DNA of 64,000 nucleotides from a virus. Taxonomy: Duplodnaviria > Caudoviricetes. A program made the translations under genes and the position numbers. Under the pieces are notes generated by a model. It saw nothing but the letters and a program-made list of their open reading frames with translations, was not told the origin of the DNA and made no database searches. Position 1 is the stretch's first letter; every line of letters starts with the position of its first letter. This document shows positions 16,808 through 24,445 of this stretch, one piece after another. Where the stretch lies: positions 13,623 to 77,622 of IMG/VR virus record IMGVR_UViG_3300020577_013934. The stretch is one strand, 5' to 3'.

Positions 16808-16836
16808 TTGTCGTAGTTTACCGTACGCGGTAAACT
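16808..16836 (+). promoter_or_regulatory. Sigma70-type promoter overlapped by the same inverted repeat as at 9558
   Basis: TTGTCG(16808)-17 nt-TAAACT(16831), ATG at 16843; AGTTTACCG-TACG-CGGTAAACT at 16815-16836. Confidence 0.65.
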
Positions 16837-16842
16837 GCCTCC

Positions 16843-17514
16843 ATGCCTGAACTTGTCTACGACGAAAACGCGCTGACCCTCACGGCGTACCCCGACGCCG
16901 ACGTCGACCTGCACACCAAGGTCATCCTGCTGCACGGCGCGACGGCGGCTGTGCACCACGCGGGCGCGTGGGCCTCCGGCGTCGCGCCCGGCATCTGGTC
17001 CGTCGGCGGCACCGCCGACCGCCTCGCGCGCAAGGGCTTCGAGGTCTTCGTGCCCGAGGCCGAGGAGGGCGCGGGCCGCCCCGGCGACTGGCTCGCGCGC
17101 GCGTGCGACTGGGCCAACAAGGACGGCGGCCCCGCGACGGTCGTCGGCTTCTCGTTCGGCGGTTCCTCCGCCGTGCTGCTCGCGCGCCACGCGCAGGACA
17201 CGACGACCGACCGGCAGTTTCCGTCGGTCGCGCTCGGCCCGCTCTACCTGCTCGACCCGGCGCTGCGCAGCCTCGCGGTCGGCGCGGCGCTGGAGGGCCT
17301 CGACTGGAACATGCAGGTGCTCTTCGCCGCGAGCTACCGCACGCGCGGTCGGGGCAAGTTCGCGAGCCACCCGCGCGCCAAGGTGACGCGCGTCCCGGAC
17401 ACGGCGCACCGCCACTTCGCTCAGCCGCTCGGCCTCCCGGGCGACCTTTACGCCGTTGCCGACCCCGGCGTCTACCGCGCGCACCGCGCGCTGGAGCAAG
17501 CCCTGGGCGTATAA
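16843..17514 (+). CDS. Alpha/beta-hydrolase-fold protein
   Basis: ILLHG; VVGFSFGG nucleophile elbow; C-terminal His (HRHF). Confidence 0.65.
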   Translation: MPELVYDENALTLTAYPDADVDLHTKVILLHGATAAVHHAGAWASGVAPGIWSVGGTADRLARKGFEVFVPEAEEGAGRPGDWLARACDWANKDGGPATVVGFSFGGSSAVLLARHAQDTTTDRQFPSVALGPLYLLDPALRSLAVGAALEGLDWNMQVLFAASYRTRGRGKFASHPRAKVTRVPDTAHRHFAQPLGLPGDLYAVADPGVYRAHRALEQALGV

Positions 17515-17524
17515 TCGTCTCGTC

Positions 17525-18922
17525 ATGCCCGACGAGACGACTCCGCCGCCCGCCGATCCGCCTTCGCCTTCGCCGTGGCGGGGGCGCGTCCCGCTGCTCC
17601 TCGCCGCGCTCGCGGCGACGGGTGCCGGCGCGGGCGCCTACCGCCACCTCCGGCGCCGCCGCCTCAGCACCGACCCCGCGCTGCGCGCGCTCCAGGAGCA
17701 GTCCGGGGGCAAGTTCACGCGCGTGCTCGCGGGCAGCGGCGAGGAGCGCGGGCGCGTCGGTCGCTTCCTCGACCGCCTGCTCGAAGCCGGCGGCGGCAAC
17801 GTCGCGTACGAGAAGGACCTCAAGGCGCTCAAGAACCGCCTGGGCGAGAAGCCGCAGATCGCGGGCGCGCTCATGCACCGCAAGCGCACCGGCTCGGCCT
17901 ACGCGACGGGCGACGTGAACCTCGCGTCCAACCAAGCCGCGAAGGACATCCACGAGAAGCTCAAGAACGACAAGTGGCGCGAGTACAAGCTGATCGAGAA
18001 GACGACGCCGGGCGCGATGGGGCGCAGCGCGAACGTCAAGCACATCCTCGCCGACATGGGCTACGCCGAGATGCCGACCGACCCGGCCGCCCGCGCCGAG
18101 ATGCTCGACAAGCTCCAGGCCAAGCTGCGCGCCGACTACGGCAAGGGCTTCCTGCTCAAGGACACGCGCTCGGCCGAGACCGGCGGCGCGTTCCCCACCG
18201 AGAAGCACGACTTCAAGGACCTGCTCGACCGCTGGACCAACTCCGGCTACCACGGCGAGAAGGCGCGCATCATGGAGGAGGGGCAGCTCGGGCGCCTCGG
18301 CTCGGCGAACCGCAAGGCGCTCAAGTCGAAGTACTTCGACACGTACTCGGGACGCGTCATCGAGAAGCTGCTCAACAAGCCCGGCCTCGTCATGGTCCAG
18401 GAGAAGCTGCCGCTGGAGGCGGGCTCGCCGCTCGGACAGCTGGTCGGCAAGCTCAAGGGCAACCCGTCGACCAAGGAGATGCGCGTCCACGTCATCAACG
18501 GCGCCGTCGTGCCGCACGCCACCGTGCCGCGCTTCGACCCGGCGATGATCGCCACCGGGCGGCACCACATGCGCGGCGCCGAGGACGCGGCGCGCGAGAT
18601 CGTGGGCAACCTCCCCAAGAAGTACCAGGGCGCGACCTTCGCCATGGACATCGCGCCGGTGCGCAACCCCGCCACGGGCGCGACCGAGTACAAGACGATC
18701 GAGACCAACCCCTCCGGCGTCAGCGGCATGCTGCACGCCAAGAACAACCCCCTCGCGGGCGTCGGGCTGCACCGCGCCTTCACCGGGCGCCACAGCCGCC
18801 CCGTGGCGGCGCTCGGCGGCGGCCTCGCGGGCGCGCTGGCCGGCGCAGGCACGTACGGCGCCGCGCGCGCCGCGACGCGTCCCGGTGCGCCTGCCGAGGC
18901 GCCCGAGCAGGAGACCGCGTGA
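17525..18922 (+). CDS. ATP-grasp fold enzyme (RimK/ligase-like) with terminal Gly-zipper segments
   Basis: NDKWREY, FLLK, MVQEKL, EMRVHV, FAMDI, IETNP motifs; TATAAT -10 box 9 nt before the ATG. Confidence 0.7.
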   Translation: MPDETTPPPADPPSPSPWRGRVPLLLAALAATGAGAGAYRHLRRRRLSTDPALRALQEQSGGKFTRVLAGSGEERGRVGRFLDRLLEAGGGNVAYEKDLKALKNRLGEKPQIAGALMHRKRTGSAYATGDVNLASNQAAKDIHEKLKNDKWREYKLIEKTTPGAMGRSANVKHILADMGYAEMPTDPAARAEMLDKLQAKLRADYGKGFLLKDTRSAETGGAFPTEKHDFKDLLDRWTNSGYHGEKARIMEEGQLGRLGSANRKALKSKYFDTYSGRVIEKLLNKPGLVMVQEKLPLEAGSPLGQLVGKLKGNPSTKEMRVHVINGAVVPHATVPRFDPAMIATGRHHMRGAEDAAREIVGNLPKKYQGATFAMDIAPVRNPATGATEYKTIETNPSGVSGMLHAKNNPLAGVGLHRAFTGRHSRPVAALGGGLAGALAGAGTYGAARAATRPGAPAEAPEQETA

Positions 18923-19701
18923 TGGCTTTACCGCGTAAGACGTTCGGCGGAACGACGTTCATCATCGACCGCCCCAAGGGCACCGTGAAGGTCTGGCCGC
19001 AGCCCGACGGCGGCGAGAAGCGCTTCGTCTACCCGTGCGACTACGGGTACTTCCCGCGCCTCAAGGGCGAGGACGGCGAGGGCCTCGACGCGTTCGTCGG
19101 CGACGACCCGGCCGGCCACTACGAGGCGTTCCAGAAGCTCAAGCCGCGCGACGGCGGCGGCATGGAGCTCGACGAGACGAAGTTCCTCGTGGGGGTCTCC
19201 GACGCGGAGCGCGAGGCGATCTACCGCCTCTACGGCGACGAGACCCACGCGCGACGCGTCTTCCGCGACATGGCGCACCTGCGCGACGCGCTGGAGAAGT
19301 TCGAGCCGAAGAAGAAGGAGCGATACGTGAAGACGGCACAGCTGGCGACCCTCAACGGCGTGACGCGCAGCCTCGACGGCTGGGCGCGCCACTTCGCCGA
19401 CCGCATCAAGCGCGCGGCCCTCGCCGAGCGCGGGCTGGTCGCGGCGGCGCGCAAGGAGGCGGCGCTCAAGACCGTGCTCGCGCGCTACAAGCTCAGCGAC
19501 CTCAAGCGCGCCGACATCGACAAGCTGATCCGGGGCCACGTCGTCGCGATGCCCAACACCGGGCGCCAGACGCCGGCCGAGGAGGCGTCGATCGCCGACC
19601 GCCTGACGCGCGTCTTCGACCGCGCCGACGCCAAGACGCAGCCCACCGGCGAGGAGTCTTCGATCGGGCAGACGCCCCTCGAAGGCAGCGTGTCGCTGTG
19701 A
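18922..19701 (+). CDS. Inorganic-pyrophosphatase-like domain protein with C-terminal K-x-A/RYxL segment
   Basis: TGATG coupling; DRPKG...YPCDYGYF...GEDGEGLDAFVG...DETK. Confidence 0.65.
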   Translation: MALPRKTFGGTTFIIDRPKGTVKVWPQPDGGEKRFVYPCDYGYFPRLKGEDGEGLDAFVGDDPAGHYEAFQKLKPRDGGGMELDETKFLVGVSDAEREAIYRLYGDETHARRVFRDMAHLRDALEKFEPKKKERYVKTAQLATLNGVTRSLDGWARHFADRIKRAALAERGLVAAARKEAALKTVLARYKLSDLKRADIDKLIRGHVVAMPNTGRQTPAEEASIADRLTRVFDRADAKTQPTGEESSIGQTPLEGSVSL

Positions 19702-20003
19702 GCCTGGAGAAGCTCGCGCGGGCCCGCGCCGCGCGGCGCGTCGTGGACCTGTACCTGAAGACGGCGAGCCCCGAGCTGGTGCAGCGCGCGTTCCCCGCGC
19801 TCTCGGCGGCGTTCGATTCGTACAGCGCGGTCCGCGACCAGGAGCGGCAGGCCGCGCTCGCCCGCCAGTTCTCCGCGTTCCCCGGCCTCATGGCCGAGTA
19901 CACCATGTCCAACCAGGGCATGACGCCGAACACCAATCTTGGACAAGTTTCGGCCACCCCGTCGGGACACCATCATCGACGGCACCGGCACCATTCGGGT
20001 TAG
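19698..20003 (+). CDS. Hypothetical protein with K-x-A sites
   Basis: GTGA overlap; EKLA, LKTAS; His-rich C-terminus. Confidence 0.55.
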   Translation: MSLEKLARARAARRVVDLYLKTASPELVQRAFPALSAAFDSYSAVRDQERQAALARQFSAFPGLMAEYTMSNQGMTPNTNLGQVSATPSGHHHRRHRHHSG

Positions 20004-20012
20004 ACTCCAGGT

Positions 20013-20417
20013 ATGCACGCCACCCCGTTCGACGTCTGCCTCCGCTGCCGCGAGACGCGCGTGGTGCCCGCGTTCAGCACCACGCCGGTCGAGCCCCGCT
20101 GCGCCTGCGGCGGCCCCGGCGCGCCCGCGCCCGGCGCCTCCGGCGTCGACTTCGAGCAAGCCGTCTCGGACGCCTACGCGGCGTTCGACGCGGAGTGCGC
20201 GGGCGAGGACCCCCGCCAGACGCTGCTGCGCATGCAGCACTTCGCGTCGAGCGCGGCGGTGGCGATGCTCGAAGGCAACACCAAGCTCTACGTGTCGTGC
20301 CTCGTGAGCAACGCCGCGCTGTCGCGGCTGCTCACGGCGCGCGCCCTCACCCCCGACGAGACCGACGATGCCGACGCCGACGAACACGTGGCTGGCGCGC
20401 CTGCGCGCGATCCGTAA
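20013..20417 (+). CDS. Hypothetical protein (Cys pairs)
   Basis: CLRC...CAC; GC3-rich. Confidence 0.5.
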   Translation: MHATPFDVCLRCRETRVVPAFSTTPVEPRCACGGPGAPAPGASGVDFEQAVSDAYAAFDAECAGEDPRQTLLRMQHFASSAAVAMLEGNTKLYVSCLVSNAALSRLLTARALTPDETDDADADEHVAGAPARDP

Positions 20418-20631
20418 GGTCGCGGCCGAGTACGGCCTCGACGGCGACGCCCTCGCCACGATCGGCGAGGTCGCGCGCTCGCCCGCCCCCGAGCGCTCGC
20501 TCGATCGGCGGCGCGAGCGCCAGAACCAGCGGGACAGCATCACCCAGGCGTTCGCCTCGAACGCGGCGATGGACCGGGTCGTTCCTTCCCACACGCCCGA
20601 ACCTGGGGTAGTTCATAGGCATGTCGGATGA
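20368..20631 (+). CDS. Hypothetical protein, shares RAIRKVAAxYxL with 53588-53965
   Basis: LRAIRKVAAEYGL vs SRAIRKVAAKYAL. Confidence 0.55.
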   Translation: MPTPTNTWLARLRAIRKVAAEYGLDGDALATIGEVARSPAPERSLDRRRERQNQRDSITQAFASNAAMDRVVPSHTPEPGVVHRHVG

Positions 20632-21019
20632 GCTCAAGCCGGGTGTTTTTTTCGACCTGTACGGCGTAATTACTGATGCCGGAGGCAATCTCAAGACGTA
20701 CGCGCCCGTACTTGTGCAGGTTCTCGTTGTCGAGACCAATTTCGTTTTGGTTGAATATGTTACTCAAACTTCGGACTATGGCGATCGTCTACGTCGTTGG
20801 GTTGCTCGCGTGCTCTTCCACGAGCGCGACGACAAGCTCTTTGCGGTAGCGGCACACCTGATCGATCCGTCGTCAGTCGTAAGGCGCATGACCTCGGAGC
20901 GCGATGAGGTTCGCAATATGCAGGCGGCGACATATGCCCCGTATCTGACTCGTTATCTCGCTAGCGTTGAAAGCGCCCTGAATGATGCGCAGGCCGCTCT
21001 CGACGAGGAAGGCTGTTAA
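20621..21019 (+). CDS. Hypothetical protein, lower GC
   Basis: 132-aa ORF coupled TAATG to tdk. Confidence 0.55.
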   Translation: MSDELKPGVFFDLYGVITDAGGNLKTYAPVLVQVLVVETNFVLVEYVTQTSDYGDRLRRWVARVLFHERDDKLFAVAAHLIDPSSVVRRMTSERDEVRNMQAATYAPYLTRYLASVESALNDAQAALDEEGC

Positions 21020-21591
21020 TGCCCGTCGGAAAACTCACTGTCGCGTGCGGCCCGATGTTCTCGGGCAAGACTGAGGAGCTATTGCGTCGCGTGCGGCGCG
21101 CGTTCCACGCCGACGTGGGCGTGCAGATCTTCTCGCCCTCGACCGACACGCGCCGCGAGGGCCGGCTGGTGTCGCATGCCGGGACTGACCTCGCCGACCT
21201 CCACGTGCCCTTCCAGGTCACGGTGATCGACCCGCACGAGGAGTTCGCCGCGCGCGTGCGCCCCAACGTCCGGTACGTCGCGCTCGACGAAGCGCAGTTC
21301 TTCGACCCCCCGGCCGTCGACGAGGTGCTCGCGCTGATCCACCGTGGGGTTTCGGTCTTCGCCTCGGGCCTCGACCGCGACTTTCGCGGCGTGCCCTTCG
21401 GCATCGTCCCAACGCTGCTCGCGCACGCCGACGAGGTCCTCAAGTTCACGGCGATCTGCGCGCACTGCAAGGGGGAGAACGCGACGATGTCGCACCGCCT
21501 CGTGGCGAACGACGCGCAGGTCTACGTCGGGGCGCGCGACGTGTACGCGCCCCTCTGCCGTGACTGCTGGGTGAGCGCGACGCGGCGCTGA
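21019..21591 (+). CDS. tdk: Thymidine kinase
   Basis: GPMFSGKTEELL, DEAQFF, GLDRDFRG.PF, CAHC...YAPLCRDC. Confidence 0.97.
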   Translation: MPVGKLTVACGPMFSGKTEELLRRVRRAFHADVGVQIFSPSTDTRREGRLVSHAGTDLADLHVPFQVTVIDPHEEFAARVRPNVRYVALDEAQFFDPPAVDEVLALIHRGVSVFASGLDRDFRGVPFGIVPTLLAHADEVLKFTAICAHCKGENATMSHRLVANDAQVYVGARDVYAPLCRDCWVSATRR

Positions 21592-21595
21592 GCGG

Positions 21596-21979
21596 CTACT
21601 CGAAGAGCCAGATCTCGCCGCGCGCACTCGCGGCCACCGTGATGTACAACGCGCTCGCCGGGGCGTTGAAGCGGAAGAGCATCATGATCGGTCGGTCGGA
21701 CGGCGGCGGCGTGGGGTTCGCCGAGATCACCGTCGCGCCGTCGCCCGCGATGTTCCACGCGAGGCTGATCGAGCCTTCGTAGAGGAACACCAGGACGAAG
21801 CGCGGGTTGGTGACCGAGCCCGCCGGCACCGGCTGGTTCGCGACCGGCGTGTTGTAGTTGAACCCGTAGATGACCTTCTCGGTGTAGGTCATCTCGAAGC
21901 CCACGGGCACGGGCGACGGCTGGGCCCCCTCCGCGAGCTGGACGAGCAGGTTTCCCGTGAGCTTGATCGTGGACGACAT
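21596..21979 (-). CDS. Hypothetical beta-rich (possibly structural) protein
   Basis: GC3-rich ORF; TACACT -10 box 5 nt before the ATG. Confidence 0.55.
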   Translation of the reverse strand: MSSTIKLTGNLLVQLAEGAQPSPVPVGFEMTYTEKVIYGFNYNTPVANQPVPAGSVTNPRFVLVFLYEGSISLAWNIAGDGATVISANPTPPPSDRPIMMLFRFNAPASALYITVAASARGEIWLFE

Positions 21980-22007
21980 GCCTTAGTGTAGGGGGTGGAG
22001 GTTTCGC

Positions 22008-22304
22008 ATGGCGTTCAAGGCTCTCGTCCAGGACGGTACCGTCTATCTCGTGCCGGCGGCGTTGGACGTGCCGCCCGAGCGGCGCGACCAGCTGCGTCCG
22101 CTCGTCTTCGCCTCGGCGTGGGACAAGGTCCCGGTGAGCGCGGTCCCGCCCGTCGGCTCGTGCGCCGACGCGCCCGCACCGCAGGTGCTTCCGGCGATCG
22201 AGGTGCCGGTCGAGGTGCCGGCCGAGGCGCCGACCCCGGCGCCCGCCGCCGACGTCTCGGCCTCGGCCGAGACCCCGCGCAGCGAACGCCGTAAAGCCCG
22301 CTGA
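22008..22304 (+). CDS. Hypothetical protein, Pro/Ala-rich C-terminus
   Basis: GGAGG RBS; 98 aa. Confidence 0.55.
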   Translation: MAFKALVQDGTVYLVPAALDVPPERRDQLRPLVFASAWDKVPVSAVPPVGSCADAPAPQVLPAIEVPVEVPAEAPTPAPAADVSASAETPRSERRKAR

Positions 22305-22308
22305 GGGC

Positions 22309-23229
22309 TCAGGCGAGGCCGACGCGCTGCCGCCACGCGAGCGGCCGGGCGCGCAGCCACGCGGGCACGCCGCGCGCGTCGTCACCGGGGCGCGGCACGA
22401 GCATGCCGCCCGACCCGTAGCGGCCCGCGCGGATCAGCGCGGCGCGGGTCATCGGGCCCGGGATGCCGTCCGCGTCGAGGCCGAGCTGGGCCTGGAGGTC
22501 CTTCCACATCTTCAGGTCCTCGCCCGCCTCGACGTCGAGGCAGAGGTAGCCGGCGGCCTTGAGCGCGAGGAACGGCAGGTCCGAAGGGTCGCCCGCGCCG
22601 CGCTGGGCGTAGAGCCGGCCCGTCTCCTTGTTCGCGCTCCAGATGTTGCGGTGCCCGTAGAACAGGCACAGCGAGGCGCCCGCGCCGTGGGCGCTGAGCG
22701 CGCGCGTCAGCATGCCCGCGAACGGCTTTCCGTCGCGCCACGCGATCACGCGGGGGACGCCGCAGTGGTACGACCACTCGTCGCACAGGCGCACGTAGCC
22801 GTCGAGCTGGACCTGCGTGAGTGTCCCCTCGTTGGTCTGCACCAGCTCCCACCCGTCGGTGTAGCGGTTGACCTGCATGGCGTGCCACGACGCGCCCCGG
22901 CCGGGGTCGAAGTTCTGGATCGCGGACGCGTCAAGGTCCTTGGTGAGGGTCCACGACTTCTCGTCTACGTTGGCGTTGTACCGGGCGAACGCCCAGTCGC
23001 GGAGCGACTCGATCAGGCTCTTGCTGTCGAGCCGGCGCACGGTACCCGACGTCGTGTGGGTCACGTGGCCGTGAATCCAGTCCGTCGCGGGATCGCGGCG
23101 CGAGACCTCGGTGAGCTGCGGCACCTTGGTTCCCTTGCCGCCGGTCACCGCGCGCACGACCTCGGGCGGGTCGAGAAAGCACGCGGTGTTCGGCACGTCG
23201 ATCTTCTGGTCGTACAGTACGATGCTCAT
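22309..23229 (-). CDS. Endolysin: Zn-amidase-like domain plus C-terminal peptidoglycan-binding domain
   Basis: HVTHTTSG, SWH, YGHRN, AGDPS zinc-ligand pattern; LQAQLGLDADGIPGPMTRAAL PG-binding motif. Confidence 0.72.
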   Translation of the reverse strand: MSIVLYDQKIDVPNTACFLDPPEVVRAVTGGKGTKVPQLTEVSRRDPATDWIHGHVTHTTSGTVRRLDSKSLIESLRDWAFARYNANVDEKSWTLTKDLDASAIQNFDPGRGASWHAMQVNRYTDGWELVQTNEGTLTQVQLDGYVRLCDEWSYHCGVPRVIAWRDGKPFAGMLTRALSAHGAGASLCLFYGHRNIWSANKETGRLYAQRGAGDPSDLPFLALKAAGYLCLDVEAGEDLKMWKDLQAQLGLDADGIPGPMTRAALIRAGRYGSGGMLVPRPGDDARGVPAWLRARPLAWRQRVGLA

Positions 23230-23284
23230 ACACCAAGGGTAGGTCGATCGTTGCCTTTCGGCTGAAGTAGAGCAAGTTTGTGGG

Positions 23285-23854
23285 GTGACGACCCGCACGC
23301 CGACCCTGCCCGTACGCCTCGCCCGCGCCCTCGCGCGCGGCGCGAAGTGGAACTGGGTCTACTGGCGCGCCACCGTCCGTGTCGACGAGCGCGAGGTCCT
23401 GGTGGCGGCGGTGCCCCATCGCGTCGTCCAGGCCGTCGAGCGCGGCGAGCTGACGCGCCTGCACGCCGCGCAGCTGCTCGCGTCGCGCGCCGAGCCGTCG
23501 CTCGACGGCTTTACGCCGTACGTGCCGCTCTGGGCCGAGGCCCTCGCGCAGCTCCTCGCGTTGCGCGTCGACGCCCGCCGCGCCGCGCTGCTCGGCCAGA
23601 CAGCCCACGACCTCGCGCTCGCCGGCCGCTGGGCCGAGGCGTTCGAGGCCGCCTGGGGCGCGGCGGAGATCGAGCGCTCGTACGCCGGCCGCCCGACGAA
23701 GTGGCGGTCCCTGCTTTGTCTGGTCGCGCAGGAGCTGGTACGTTCGGGGCATGTCCGAGCAACCACCGACCCCCGCGTTCGATCGGCAGCAGAAGCGCCC
23801 GCTGGAACTCCGCGTCCGCGACATGAAGGACGAGGGCGGCATCAGCGAAGCTGA
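23285..23854 (+). CDS. Hypothetical helical protein
   Basis: GC3-rich frame; the C-terminus overlaps the next gene. Confidence 0.5.
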   Translation: MTTRTPTLPVRLARALARGAKWNWVYWRATVRVDEREVLVAAVPHRVVQAVERGELTRLHAAQLLASRAEPSLDGFTPYVPLWAEALAQLLALRVDARRAALLGQTAHDLALAGRWAEAFEAAWGAAEIERSYAGRPTKWRSLLCLVAQELVRSGHVRATTDPRVRSAAEAPAGTPRPRHEGRGRHQRS

Positions 23855-24209
23855 GGCCAACCGGCTCGGCCGCTACAGCGCCGACGCCCTCGTCATCGTT
23901 CGCTTTCTGGCGGACGGCGACCGCCTCGCGATGCACCTGCACGCCCAGAACGGCGCGACCCAGCAGGGGCTGGGCGTCGAGGCCCTCTTCGGCGCGTGGC
24001 TGCGCCTCACGGCGCACATCATCGCGATGCCCTCGGACGGCGACATGAAGAAGCGCCAGGGCTTCCTCGCCTATGTCCTGAAGCTGCTGGGCCTCGACGA
24101 GAAGCTCCAGATCATCCAGACCGCTTCGGGGGGTCCGGGATCACGTTATGCGCCAGCGGATGCAGCGGCGCCGCCTTCGGATTCAGCTGACCCGCCGCCC
24201 CCACGCTGA
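23751..24209 (+). CDS. Hypothetical protein
   Basis: GC3-rich 152-aa ORF. Confidence 0.55.
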   Translation: MSEQPPTPAFDRQQKRPLELRVRDMKDEGGISEAEANRLGRYSADALVIVRFLADGDRLAMHLHAQNGATQQGLGVEALFGAWLRLTAHIIAMPSDGDMKKRQGFLAYVLKLLGLDEKLQIIQTASGGPGSRYAPADAAAPPSDSADPPPPR

Positions 24210-24438
24210 CGCGGCTCACGCCCGGGTCGCCGTGCGAGTGCACGTACCCGGCTTTCAGCGCCTTCGAGCCCGGGAAGTCCAGCACGTAGAGGTTCTTCCA
24301 CTGGTGCGGCGCCGTGAGGATCACGGGCTTCATCGGCTCCGGGCACTCCGGGCACGGCAGCGTCGCCGGCTTGGCCGAGATCGAGCAGAAGTGCTCGACG
24401 TGGTGGTCGTTCTTGCACATGTAGTCGTACGTTGGCAT
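24112..24438 (-). CDS. FmdB-family zinc-ribbon protein
   Basis: MPTYDYMCKNDH...CPEC signature. Confidence 0.75.
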   Translation of the reverse strand: MPTYDYMCKNDHHVEHFCSISAKPATLPCPECPEPMKPVILTAPHQWKNLYVLDFPGSKALKAGYVHSHGDPGVSRVSVGAAGQLNPKAAPLHPLAHNVIPDPPKRSG

Positions 24439-24445
24439 CGCTCAC

